Source: an uncultured Acidobacteriota bacterium
Lineage (GTDB): Bacteria > Acidobacteriota > Vicinamibacteria > Vicinamibacterales > 2-12-FULL-66-21
Assembly (NCBI GenBank): GCA_963844245.1
Contig: CAWJNJ010000012.1
Coordinates: 12,339-76,338, forward strand
Direction of reading: 5' to 3'
DNA: 64,000 nt
This document shows positions 40,577-51,185 of this stretch, piece by piece. The translations under genes were made by a program, and so were the position numbers. The notes under the pieces were generated by a model, which was given only the letters and a program-made list of their open reading frames with translations, was not told where the DNA came from and did no database searches. The stretch's first letter is position 1. The number at the start of each line of letters is the position of its first letter.

Positions 40577-41888
40577 TGACGACGATCTGCCGCCGCGTCC
40601 TGGAGCGACCGATCATCCGGACGCGCCGGACCGTCCGCTCGCGGAGCGGATGCGGCCGCGCACACTCGACGAATTCGTCGGGCAACAGTCCCTCGTCGCA
40701 CCCGGACGGCCCCTCCGCCGCGCCATCGAACAGGACCGGCTGCAGTCGATCATTCTCTGGGGGCCGCCCGGCACCGGCAAGACGACGCTCGCGCGCTTGA
40801 TCGCCACCGCGACGCAGGCGCACTTCATCGCCTTCAGCGCCGTGCTCTCGGGCATCAAGGAAATCCGCGCCGTGATGGCGGAAGCCGAGGAGGCGCGCCG
40901 CCGGACCGGACGGCGCACGATCCTCTTCATCGACGAAATTCACCGGTTCAACAAGGCGCAGCAGGACGCCTTCCTGCCGCGCGTCGAAGCCGGCGACATC
41001 GTGCTGATCGGCGCCACCACCGAGAACCCGTCGTTCGAGGTGAACTCGGCACTGCTGTCACGCTCGAAGGTGCACGTGCTCAAGGCGCTCGGCCTGCCCG
41101 AGATCACCGCGATCCTGCGGCGGGCGATCGAGGATCAGGAGCGCGGGCTCGGGTCGCTGAACCTGTCGGCCGACGATGAGGCGCTCAGCGCGATTGCGAA
41201 GTACGCCAATGGCGACGCCCGCGTCGCACTCAACTTCCTGGAGACAGCCGTGACGTCGGCCGGCGAATCGCGCCGCATCGACACGGCGCTCGTCGCTGAC
41301 CTCGCCCAGAACCGCGCCCTGCTCTACGACAAGTCAGGCGAAGAGCACTACAACCTCGTCTCCGCGCTCCACAAATCGATTCGCAACAGCGATCCCGATG
41401 CCGCGGTCTACTGGCTGGCGCGGATGCTCGAAGCCGGCGAAGATCCGCTCTACGTCGCGCGCCGGCTGGTGCGCTTCGCATCCGAAGATATCGGGACCGC
41501 GGATCCACAGGCGCTGACGATCGCGGTCGCCGCCAAGGACGCCGTCCACTTCCTCGGGATGCCCGAAGGCAACACCGCTCTCGCACAGGCCGCGATCTAC
41601 ATGGCGGTGGCGTCGAAGAGCAACGCCGTCTACAAGGCGTACCTCTCAGCGGCAGAGGCCGCCGCCTCGGAGGTCGCCGAGCCGGTGCCGCTGCACCTGC
41701 GCAACGCGCCGACGAAATTGATGAAGGGGCTGGACTACGGCAAGGATTACCGCTACGCCCACGACGAAGCCGACGGCGTCGCGCGTGGCATGGAGTGCCT
41801 GCCGCCCGCACAGGCCGGGCGGCGATTCTACGAACCGACTGAGCGTGGGAATGGAGGCGCGCATCAAGCAGCGCCTCGCCGAGATTAG
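40563..41888 (+). CDS. rarA: Replication-associated recombination protein A (RarA/MgsA)
   Basis: PLAERMRP, WGPPGTGKTT, FIDEIHRFNKAQQD, GATTENPSF, SALHKSIRNSD, ASEDIG. Confidence 0.95.
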   Translation: MSLFDDDDLPPRPGATDHPDAPDRPLAERMRPRTLDEFVGQQSLVAPGRPLRRAIEQDRLQSIILWGPPGTGKTTLARLIATATQAHFIAFSAVLSGIKEIRAVMAEAEEARRRTGRRTILFIDEIHRFNKAQQDAFLPRVEAGDIVLIGATTENPSFEVNSALLSRSKVHVLKALGLPEITAILRRAIEDQERGLGSLNLSADDEALSAIAKYANGDARVALNFLETAVTSAGESRRIDTALVADLAQNRALLYDKSGEEHYNLVSALHKSIRNSDPDAAVYWLARMLEAGEDPLYVARRLVRFASEDIGTADPQALTIAVAAKDAVHFLGMPEGNTALAQAAIYMAVASKSNAVYKAYLSAAEAAASEVAEPVPLHLRNAPTKLMKGLDYGKDYRYAHDEADGVARGMECLPPAQAGRRFYEPTERGNGGAHQAAPRRD

Positions 41889-42752
41889 AAAGACACCTTC
41901 CTGAACATTTCCTGCCGCAGCGGCAGGATGAACGAGAAGCGGTAGTCACCCTGCATCCGGCCAACCGGAATACCGACGAGATCCCCTTCGCCGTTCAGGA
42001 CGCCGCCGCCCGATACACCGGGATGACCATCGGTCAGGCAGGTGACCAGCCGGTTCGGCGTCTTCTGCCCGACGTAGCCGGTGGATACGATGATCCCCTT
42101 CGAGTAGTCGTTGCCCAGGCGGAAGATCGGATCGGCGAAGTTGAAGCCGAAGGCGAGATCGGTGTTGAGTGCCGGCAGGTCGAGCTTTTCCTTGACGCGC
42201 ACGATCGCCCAGTCCCCCGGATCCACTTCGACCTTGGCGTCGCCGACGTCGATCACCCGGGCGTTGAGGAGCTTGCCCTGGTAGGCGATCTTCACGGACG
42301 TAATCTTCCGGGGATCCGCGACCCCTTCCTGTCCGAGCGCCACCACGCCGTGCTTGACGGTGATGAAGTAGCCGTTGCCGAGGTAACCGGCGGTGCCATA
42401 GCTGCTGGCGCCGCGATCGTCGTAGGAATAGAGCTCGACAAAACTCTCACGCCGGTCGCGCAACAGGTTGAGTGGCAGCAGGCCCATCTCGTCGGTCAGC
42501 TGCCGCTTCACGTCGTCGACGATGGCGGCGCGGTCGGCGTTGAGCGCCTCCGGGTCGTCAGCCGAACCAGTGGTGCCGGTCGGCACCGCCATCTGCGTTC
42601 GGCGGATGTCGCTCAGCTCAGCGCGCAGCGCGGCAAACTGGGCATTGTGTTCGGCTCCCTGGCGAGCACCGAGGTAATTGCCAAGTCCAAAAAAGAGGAG
42701 GGCAAACGAAAGCGCAACGACAACTACGGGGACGGCTCTGCGAGTAGACATG
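41885..42752 (-). CDS. Trypsin-like serine protease with N-terminal TM
   Basis: ITVKHGV (His), GDWAIV (Asp), PGVSGGGV (Ser). Confidence 0.78.
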
Positions 42753-43004
42753 GGTACAACTCCAAGTTCGGCAACCGGAATTGCTCCACATCGAGGAACG
42801 ACAATCCGGCTTTGCGGACCACGAAGGCCGCCTTTATCGCTTGGACATGCGTCCCGAAAAATTCCGGAACGCAGGACTTGCTGGGATGACCACAGGGTAA
42901 GACGGAGGGACGAGCGAGTCAAGCGTAAAGCACACGAAAAGGCAAGGATTTTACTGAAGAGCTCAGACTGACCGCGGCCGGTGCAGGCGGGTGAGATTGA
43001 AGAT

Positions 43005-43544
43005 TCAGCTCGCCGCCATCTTGCCCGCGAGCTTTCGAACCGTCGTGATGTTTCGGGTGGTGATCGCCACGCCCAGCGCCTTCCCCAGTTTCGGCCCCTG
43101 GATCGTCGAATCGCTGAAGCGCTTGTTGCAGCGCCAGTACAACTCGCGTCCGTGGATTGCGAGCGTATCGACCTCGTTGGACATGGCTTCGACGGCGCTG
43201 ACCGACGCAGCCGTGGGCGCAGTTTTCAACAACCCCACGTAGAGCGTCACATCGGGCCCGTCCGCGAGCTTCTCGCGGTCCACGTATTTGACGATGTCGG
43301 CCAGCTCTGATGCGGAGCGGATCATCGTAATAACTTCGTAGCCAAGATCCTTCTTCAGGGTCTTCTCGATCAGCGCTTCCGCTTGCGCCGTGGCTTTCTT
43401 CGAGTCGAAGAGCACATTGCCGCTGGCAATGAAGCTCGACACGTTGGCGAGCCCGGCCGATTCGAACAGGGCACAGAGGCGATCCATCTTGACGACGTGA
43501 CCGCCGACGTTGATGGCACGAAGGAAGGCAACAAGGCGAGGCAT
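43005..43544 (-). CDS. DUF1697 family protein
   Basis: VAFLRAINVGG, SFIASGNVLF, TTRN..TVRKL. Confidence 0.88.
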   Translation of the reverse strand: MPRLVAFLRAINVGGHVVKMDRLCALFESAGLANVSSFIASGNVLFDSKKATAQAEALIEKTLKKDLGYEVITMIRSASELADIVKYVDREKLADGPDVTLYVGLLKTAPTAASVSAVEAMSNEVDTLAIHGRELYWRCNKRFSDSTIQGPKLGKALGVAITTRNITTVRKLAGKMAAS

Positions 43545-43566
43545 GTGATTGGCGGGATAATACCGT

Positions 43567-44241
43567 ATGGCCGACCGTCACTATCGCGCCGGCGACGCTG
43601 TCGAGGATGTCTGCCGGGCGTGCAAGACCGACCGGATGCACACCGTGATTGCCGCGGATCCCTCCGGGCACCCGCTCCGCGTCGTCTGCGGCTTCTGCGG
43701 CAGTGAGCACAACTTCAGGGGTGGCCCCAGGGTAGAAGTCGGTGACCGCGCCGCCACGCGCGCCGGTTCCACCGAGGCAGCGTCGGCGCGCGCCCGGCCA
43801 ACCCGTGAGCCCTTCCCCATCGTCAGCGAACGCGAAAGGATTGCGCCTCCCATGACCGATCTCTCAGGCACGGATCTCGAGATGGTGCTGCGGCGGATCA
43901 TCCGCGAAGAAGCCGGCATCAGCGCCGTGCCGCCGGCGGAGAAATGGCGCGGCGGCACGCTGGCGCTGCGACCGGGCAATCCCGCGCTTCAGGAGAAAAC
44001 GATCCCGATCGAGACGTTCTTCAACAAGATCGTGATGCTGCGGAACCGGCTGAGGACGCTGGAACAGCAGGTCAACGCCACGGAGCTGCCACCGGATGTG
44101 AAGATCAAGCTGCAGGGTTACATCAGCGGCTGCTACGGCTCGCTCACCAGCTTCAACGTGCTGTTCGCTGACGAGAATGACCAATTCAAGAGCACGGAAG
44201 GCCACAGCGGAAACACAGCGGACACACAGACGGAAATATAG
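43567..44241 (+). CDS. Hypothetical protein with N-terminal zinc ribbon
   Basis: CRAC…CGFCGSEH; C-terminal helical domain IPIETFFNKIVMLR…YGSLTSFNVLF. Confidence 0.7.
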   Translation: MADRHYRAGDAVEDVCRACKTDRMHTVIAADPSGHPLRVVCGFCGSEHNFRGGPRVEVGDRAATRAGSTEAASARARPTREPFPIVSERERIAPPMTDLSGTDLEMVLRRIIREEAGISAVPPAEKWRGGTLALRPGNPALQEKTIPIETFFNKIVMLRNRLRTLEQQVNATELPPDVKIKLQGYISGCYGSLTSFNVLFADENDQFKSTEGHSGNTADTQTEI

Positions 44242-44262
44242 GCAACTCCAGAGACCGGACCC

Positions 44263-44827
44263 ATGACTCAAACGATGATCCTCGCCATGCGTGCGGAGTT
44301 CCTGCGCTACAAGGCGCTTGGCGAGAAGGCGATGGCGCAGCTGGGCGGCGAGAAACTCTCGGCTCCGCCACCGGGCGGTGGCAATTCGATTGCGGTCATC
44401 TGCTGGCACCTGTCCGGCAACCTGCGGTCGCGGTTCACCGACTTTCTGACGACCGACGGTGAAAAGCCGTGGCGTCACCGCGATGAAGAATTCGAATCGC
44501 GGAAGGTGACTGCCTCTCGAACTGACGGCAAAGTGGGAGCAAGGCTGGGACGTTCTACTTGGCACGCTTGCCACGCTCGATGACGCGCACCTGGAGGCCA
44601 CTGTCACGATTCGCGGCCAGGCTCTTGTCGTGCGGGAGGCGTTGCTGCGAGCGCTCGCCCACGTCAGCTACCACGTCGGGCAAATCGTCTATGCGGCCAA
44701 GGCCATCCGCGGCGACGACTGGCAGTCTCTCAGCATTCCTGTCGGCCAGTCGGACCAATACAACCAGAAACCCGTACTCGACCGGCCACCAAGCCACAGA
44801 AGAAACACAGAAGAAACACAGCGGTAG
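44263..44827 (+). CDS. DUF1572/DinB-like protein; frameshift near 44515
   Basis: NSIAVICWHLSGNLRSRFTDFLTTDGEKPWRHRDEEF; HVSYHVGQIVY; SIPVGQS. Confidence 0.85.
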
Positions 44828-44880
44828 TGTTCAACAGCCTGCTGTCTGTGATGTCCGTGTGTTCCGTGAGATCCGTGTAA

Positions 44881-46678
44881 TTAGATGCGCTGGAAGTTCT
44901 TCTCCACTTCGCGCCTGGTGATCCGCAACACCACCGGACGTCCGTGGGGGCACACCGACGAGTACGCCGTGCGGCGCAGTTCCTCGAGGATGTAGCGCAT
45001 CTTCTCGAGCGTCAGCGGATAGTTCGCCTTCACCGCGGCGTGGCAGGCCATGAGTGCCGCGATCTTCCGCAGCGCGTCCTCGACGCGGGATCCCTTGTCG
45101 AAGCCCTCGAGATCTTCGGCGAGGGCGCGGACGGTGGCCTCACATTCAGACGGCGCCAGGATCAGCTGGCACGGCGGAGAGGTGCAGGCTATCCCCGCCG
45201 AACTCCTCGATCTCTATCCCGAAGCGCTCGAGCGTGGGACGGTGCTGCGCCAGCGCCTGGCGCTGGGCGGCGGTGAGCTCGATGATGATCGGCGTGAGCA
45301 GACGCTGACTCTCCAGCCGTCCGCTGGTGAGCTTCTCCATCACCTGTTCGAACAGCACCCGTTCATGCGCGACGTGCTGGTCGATGATCGCGATCCCCTC
45401 ATCATCCACGGCCAGGATAAAGGTGTCGCGAAACTGGCCGAGCGGAACCATCGGACGGATATCGAGCGGCTGACCGCCCGGCATCGTGGTGACCGGTGCA
45501 CCGGCCGATTCGGGCACCGGCTGCCCGCTCACCGACCCGGCGGTTCCAAAGAACGGCACGTCGCGTCCGGCCGAGATCGTGTCCTGTTGCGCCCAGCGAT
45601 TGCCGACGATGGCGCCCGCGAGCACGCCTGGGATCGACATGTTCTGCGGCTCGCCCGGACGCGGCGCAAACGGTGTGAACTCCAGTTCGGTCGCACGGCC
45701 CTGGCCGAGCGCTTCGCCAAGACCGCGGCGGAGCACCTCGTGCACCAGTGACTGCTCGAGAAATCGGACCTCTGCCTTGGTCGGGTGGACGTTGACGTCG
45801 ACACGATCCGGCGGAATGTCGATGAAGAGGTGCACCTCCGGGCTGCGCTCCTTGATGGTGGCGACGCTGTAGGCCTCCGAGATCGCGTGCTGGATGGTGC
45901 GGTCCTTGACGATGCGGCGGTTGACGAAGACGTTTTGCGGACCACGGACCGGGCCCTGGTCGCCAAGCGCAGCGATGAATCCGTGGATCTTGATGCCGGC
46001 GGCTTCCTTGCGGATCTCGACGAGGTCCGGACGTTCACCGAACAGCTGAAAGAACCGCTCGCCAAGGCCCGCGGCCGGCGGACACTCGAGGAGCTTGCGC
46101 GAGCCGCTGGTCAAGGCGAAGCCGACGGTCGGATAGCCAAGCGCCATCTGCGTCACCAGCCGTGAAATCTGGGTCGATTCCGCGGTGTCGGACTTCAGAA
46201 ACTTCCGCCGCGCCGGCAGGTTGTAGAAGAGTTCGGCGACCTCGATGCTCGTGCCCTCAGGCGCGCCAATCTCGCGGACGGCCGCGACGGCCCCGCCGTG
46301 GACCTTCACCTCCGTGCCGGTGGACTCGCCGCGCAACCGTGTCCGGAGTGTGAAGTGCGAGACCGAGGCGATGCTCGGCAGCGCCTCGCCGCGGAACCCG
46401 AGGGTCCTGATCGCTTCGAGATCGTCTGCCGTCGCGATCTTGCTCGTCGCATGCCGTTCGATTGCGAGCCGGGCATCATCCGGCTCCATCCCGTCGCCAT
46501 CGTCCTCGACCCGCAGCAGCTTCTTGCCCCCGAGCTCGATGGTGATCGAGATGCGGCGAGCATTCGCGTCGAGCGAATTCTCGAGCAGTTCCTTGACGAC
46601 CGACGCCGGACGCTCGACGACCTCGCCGGCGGCAATCTGGTTGGCGAGGTGAAGGGGTAGCTTGTGGATTCTGGGCAT
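44881..46678 (-). CDS. mutL: DNA mismatch repair protein MutL; frameshift near 45170
   Basis: NQIAAGEVVERPASVVKEL, HATSKI, GFRGEAL, DVNVHPTK, DQHVAHER. ACHAAVK and CPHGRP lie in the shifted frame. Confidence 0.96.
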
Positions 46679-46704
46679 CAGTGTGGGAGTCGCCTGCCTT
46701 GATC

Positions 46705-46748
46705 GTAGCGCACCGGCGTCAGTCGGCAGCCCTGAAGGGCTGCGCTAC
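46705..46748 (-). repeat. GTAG-type REP-like palindrome
   Basis: Minus strand reads GTAGC-GCAGCCC-TTCA-GGGCTGC (46726-46748); partial inverted copy GTAGCGCA at 46705. Confidence 0.6.
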
Positions 46749-46896
46749 ACGTGCGGCCAGAGCCCCCCGATGACGCCTGCGGCACACTCGACGACACAAC
46801 GGCTCGACGACTCAACGATCAGAATTTTGGAGAATCTAGTCGTGTTCGTCGTGTCGTCGTGTCGTCGTGAGCCGCCGAAGGCTTACCGTGGGTCCT

Positions 46897-49800
46897 TCAC
46901 TTGGCGTCGAGAACCCGTCCAGCGTTGAGGCTGTCGTAATTCAGGATCGTGTTGAACACCATGAAGTAGCTGCCGATGGTTTCGCCGCGCCAGATCGGGT
47001 TGTTGGCAAAGAGCACGACGTGACCCTTGCCGACCGGCACGTCGACGACGACCGGCCGCTGCGCGATATCGGCACCGCCACTGAGCAGACCCCGACACGA
47101 GGAGCGTGTTCTGGGCATCGAACCGGACCGCGACGCGCGGGCGGAACTCGGGTGGAATCAGGCCGGCCGGATTTCGCTTCAACTGTTCCGCGGTGGGGAG
47201 CGCGTACTGCCATGGCTGCACGGTGACGGGTGCCGGCAGCGGTGTCAGGTTCGAGCCTTCGAGTGCGGCGCGGCCCTGGACGACATCGGGATCATCCGGT
47301 GTGCCGCGGCCAGTCGCACGGTTGGCACCGCCGCCGCCACGGCCGGCGCCCGCCGCGCCCGCACCTGCAGCACCGGCACCGCCGCCACGCCCGCCACCGG
47401 CGCCGATGTTGACGCTGAACGAATCGCCGCTGTCGCTGTACATCGCCAGGTTGTCAGGGATGCCGTAGACGATCGGGCTGGTGGTATCCACCAGCTTCGT
47501 GCGCAGCAGCGATCCGACGACCCGCGTGGCGGTCCCGGGGGCGTTGGCGGTCACACCGTAGGTGAGGTTGTTGGTGATCGCAAACTCGGCCGAGCTGTTG
47601 GAGCCGAGGAACACGCCACCCGCTTCGATGAAGGCACGCAGGTGAATGAGCCCCTCGAGTCCCATCCCGATCCTGGTGTCGTCAGTCTGCGCCCACGTCC
47701 CGATGTTCGGCGTCTCGGGCGTGTTCTTGTACGGAATTGGGCTCTTCCACATCGGTGTGCCGGTCACGACCTGCTGGCTGCCGCCCGGGCCAAAGACGAT
47801 GACGTCGTACTTCGCCCGCAGATCCGGGGTGTTCTTCACCGTCTGCGGATCGATGTAGTCATACGGGATCCCATAGACGTCGAAGGCCTGCCGCCACCAG
47901 CCCTCGGTCTGCGTGCTGCCCCACCCATGCAGGAGGGCGACGCGGGCGGCGCGGGCCGGGTGCGCCTTCACCGTCGGCGCGGCCGCGAGGGCGTGGGCCT
48001 TGAGGCCCAGCTCGGTGGTGACCTTGTCGAGGTCTGCCTGCGGCACACCCTTGATGATGAACGAGCCACGTGCGAACTTCTGACCGGCCGATTCAAACGG
48101 TTCCTCGGCCAGCTGGATGTCGGCATCCTTCAGGCGATACCGCAGGGTAACCAACGCGTTGTCGGCGTTGTGGTTGATGGCGAACACACTGCCCTGGCCG
48201 GCGACCCCACTCAACGCCTTGACCTCACCGGTGACGCGTTCGACCGCGACGTCCAGCACCTTCGGATCCACTACTCGCACCGCCTGGACCGCGAAGGCTT
48301 CCGGGAACGTCCAGCCCGTATCGTCGTAGGGCCGCGCCTGCGGTTCGTTGGGGGCCCAGGTACCTGATAGTCGAGCAGCGCGTCGGCGATGCGCGAATAG
48401 GGTTGATCCATGCGGACGATGAAACTGCCGGCCGGGAACTCGCGCGTCACGGGGGTTGGTTTCGCCGTGGCGGCCGGCGCTTCTGGTGCTTCCGCCTGGA
48501 CCGGATTTCCGGCCGTGGCATCGCCGGCACCCGCGCCACGTCCATCGACCGCATCACCCGTGGGTGCGCCGCCGCGGCCACCCCGTCCACGGCCACCGGT
48601 GGCCGGACGGCCAGGCATCGAAACGCTGAACGCCGCCGGCGCTTTTGAAATCTCGACCGCCTGCTTCTGGAGGACGCGCAGCAGTTCGGCCTGCGCGCCT
48701 GGACGCGGATCGTTAGCCGGAAACACGTAAGCGGCCGGGCCTTCAACCTTGGCCTTGAGGATCGAGCGCTTGCTCTTGTCGTAGAAATTGCGGAGAAAGT
48801 AGACGCGATTGGTAGCGAAGTAGTTGAGCGAGATCAGCAGCCCGGTCTGCTGGTAGTTGTTGTTGTTGCGCAGGGACCACCGCACCCGCGAAATCGGCGG
48901 GTTCTGGCGAAACCAGGTGCGCGACGTCTCCGCCGCCGACAGCGTCCGCTCCTCGGTGTCGGCGCTGCCGCTGTTGCCGAACGTCTCATACAAGCGGCTG
49001 ATGCCGTTGTGCGTCGCGGCGATGAACATCAGGTAGCCGGGTGACCAGGTATCGAAGGATCCCCAGGCGAACACACCCGGCATTCCCATCCTCGTCATCT
49101 CGTTCACGTTGTTCCAGCCGATGAGATGCCACTCGTTGGTGAGGATCGGATCCAGCCACGCGTTGTAGGGACCGTTGCCGATGGTGTTGTCGTAGAGGAA
49201 CGACCCGGACTCGTGCAGGTCGTGCAGGACCTGGGCCTTCCAGCCCACATACGTGTTCAGGACGTTCTGCGTCAGCTTCAGCGTCAGCGCCATCGCGTCA
49301 CGATTGTTGTCGTGCGCCACGTACTGGCCCCAGTAGATCGGGCTCACCGGCGTCAGGTTCGGATACTTCTTCCGCCAGTTGTAGGCATCGACGACGCGGT
49401 CGCGACCATCGGGCTCGACCACGGGCGTGATCAGCGTGATGACATGCTCGCGGATGTTGCGGACGTAAGCGCTGTCGTCGACGGCGAGCCGGTAGGCCAG
49501 CTCCATCAGCGCCGTCGGTGCGCCCCCTTCTGTCGAGTGGATCGCCCCGGTGATGCAGTACACCGGCGCGGCGCGCTTCGCGATCACATCCGCGGCCGCA
49601 TCGTCCATCTTCAGCGTCCGGGGGTCGGCGAGCTTCGCCAGGTCCGCGGTGTTCTCGTCGAGCCGGGCCAGCAGCGCCTCGGAGGCGACTGCCACGGCGA
49701 GCATCTCGCGTCCGCCTTCAGAGGTGCCGATCGTGTAGACCTTCACGCGGGGCGACGATTTCGCCAGCAGCCGCATGTAGTCGTAGACCTCCTTGGAGTA

Positions 49801-50109
49801 CGGCAGCTTCCCTTCGGCGCCGGCGATATCGCCGAGCGTCGCGGCCGGTGTCGGTACCGTCTTCGACGCCGGCATGTAGTCGACGAGCGGCGACAGGAAG
49901 AACGTCTCGGTCGTGTGTTTCTTGATCCCCGCCGTGTAGGCCTCGTCGATGGGCTGATTCGGATCGCGCCCTGGCTTGGCGCTCACCATGTCCGCCTCGC
50001 TCAGCGTCCGGCCGCGTGGCTGGGAGCGGTTCTGCCCGTGGAGTGGCGCGATCGCCAGCAACGTAATGACAAGGAGAGCGAGTCTTTTGACAAGGGTCTG
50101 AGTAGTCAT
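46897..50109 (-). CDS. Secreted M14 zinc carboxypeptidase-family protein; frameshifts near 48360 and 47095
   Basis: Signal peptide; GAIHSTE, HDNNRD, HDLHE; Gly/Arg-rich linkers; ends RVLDAK*. Confidence 0.85.
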
Positions 50110-50242
50110 CTATGGACGGGATTGTACGCGGAGTTCAGCGGTATTTGGCGCGGTGGCAGCGATACACTCCGCCCGACGTGCAACTTTTTCCACTCGCCCG
50201 GGTTTGTAGAGCAGTGACCGCTGGCGGGGCCGCAAACCGGCA

Positions 50243-50776
50243 ATGACTGATATCGCCAGGTTCGAGGCGTTCGTCCGCGAATACCAGGACATGGTATTTG
50301 CGACGGCCGTGCGGCTGCTCGGCCGAGAGAGCGACGCCGAAGACATTGCGCAGACCGTGTTCCTGCGCGCGTTCGAACGGCGCGACGACGTGGTTGAGAG
50401 TCCTGCGGCGCCGGGCTGGCTGAAGACCGTGACGACGAACCTGTGCTTGAACCATCTGTCGAGGCATCGCTCACGGTGGCGCCTCTTCAGCGAAATGGAC
50501 CCGGTGCGCGAAATGCCACGGCTCGAAGCTCGGATCGCGTTAATGGCGTCGGCGCCGGAGGAAATGGAGCGAGCAGAGGCGCAGGACCGGCTGGAACGTG
50601 CACTGCGCCGGCTGCCCGACCACCAGCGCGTGCCGCTCGTGCTCTACCACTTCGACGATATGAGTTACCAGGCGATTGCCGAGGCCCTGCGGGTTTCGCT
50701 CGCCAAGGTGAAAAGCGACATCCACCGGGGCCGTGAGGCCCTCAAGCAGGAGCTGAGCGTTCATGGATCCCGCTGA
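50243..50776 (+). CDS. ECF sigma-70 factor
   Basis: DAEDIAQTVFLRAF, WLKTVTTNLCLN, SYQAIAEAL..VKSDIHRGR. Confidence 0.93.
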   Translation: MTDIARFEAFVREYQDMVFATAVRLLGRESDAEDIAQTVFLRAFERRDDVVESPAAPGWLKTVTTNLCLNHLSRHRSRWRLFSEMDPVREMPRLEARIALMASAPEEMERAEAQDRLERALRRLPDHQRVPLVLYHFDDMSYQAIAEALRVSLAKVKSDIHRGREALKQELSVHGSR

Positions 50777-51185
50777 CTCCACTGAGCTCGAGCGCCTCCT
50801 CGATCGCGAGTTGAAGGGGCTGCCGGCGCCGCAGGCGCCGCGGACGCTGCTGCCGCGCGTCATGGAGGCCGCCGCCCGGGGCCAGGTGCCGGCGGCGCCG
50901 GCCACCGGATGGTCGACGTGGTCACCGGCATGGCAGGCGGCGAGCATCGCGGTCCTGCTGCTGATGGTCGCCACGGTGTCATGGCTCTTTTCGGCGCCTC
51001 CGGCGCAGGTGGTTGAAAGCACGCGGACGGCTGGAGAAATCGCGGCGGTCATGCGGGTGTTCTGGGATGTCCTGCTGCAGCCGGTCGCCACCTACATCTT
51101 CGTGCTCGGGTTATCGCTGGCGCTCGCGTGCGCGGCGGCCTGGGCGGCACTCGAACTGGCCCTGGGAGGGGCGTCACATCAATGA
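50763..51185 (+). CDS. Putative membrane anti-sigma factor
   Basis: Overlaps the sigma gene; ELKGLPAPQAPRTLLPRVM followed by two TM helices. Confidence 0.65.
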   Translation: MDPADSTELERLLDRELKGLPAPQAPRTLLPRVMEAAARGQVPAAPATGWSTWSPAWQAASIAVLLLMVATVSWLFSAPPAQVVESTRTAGEIAAVMRVFWDVLLQPVATYIFVLGLSLALACAAAWAALELALGGASHQ

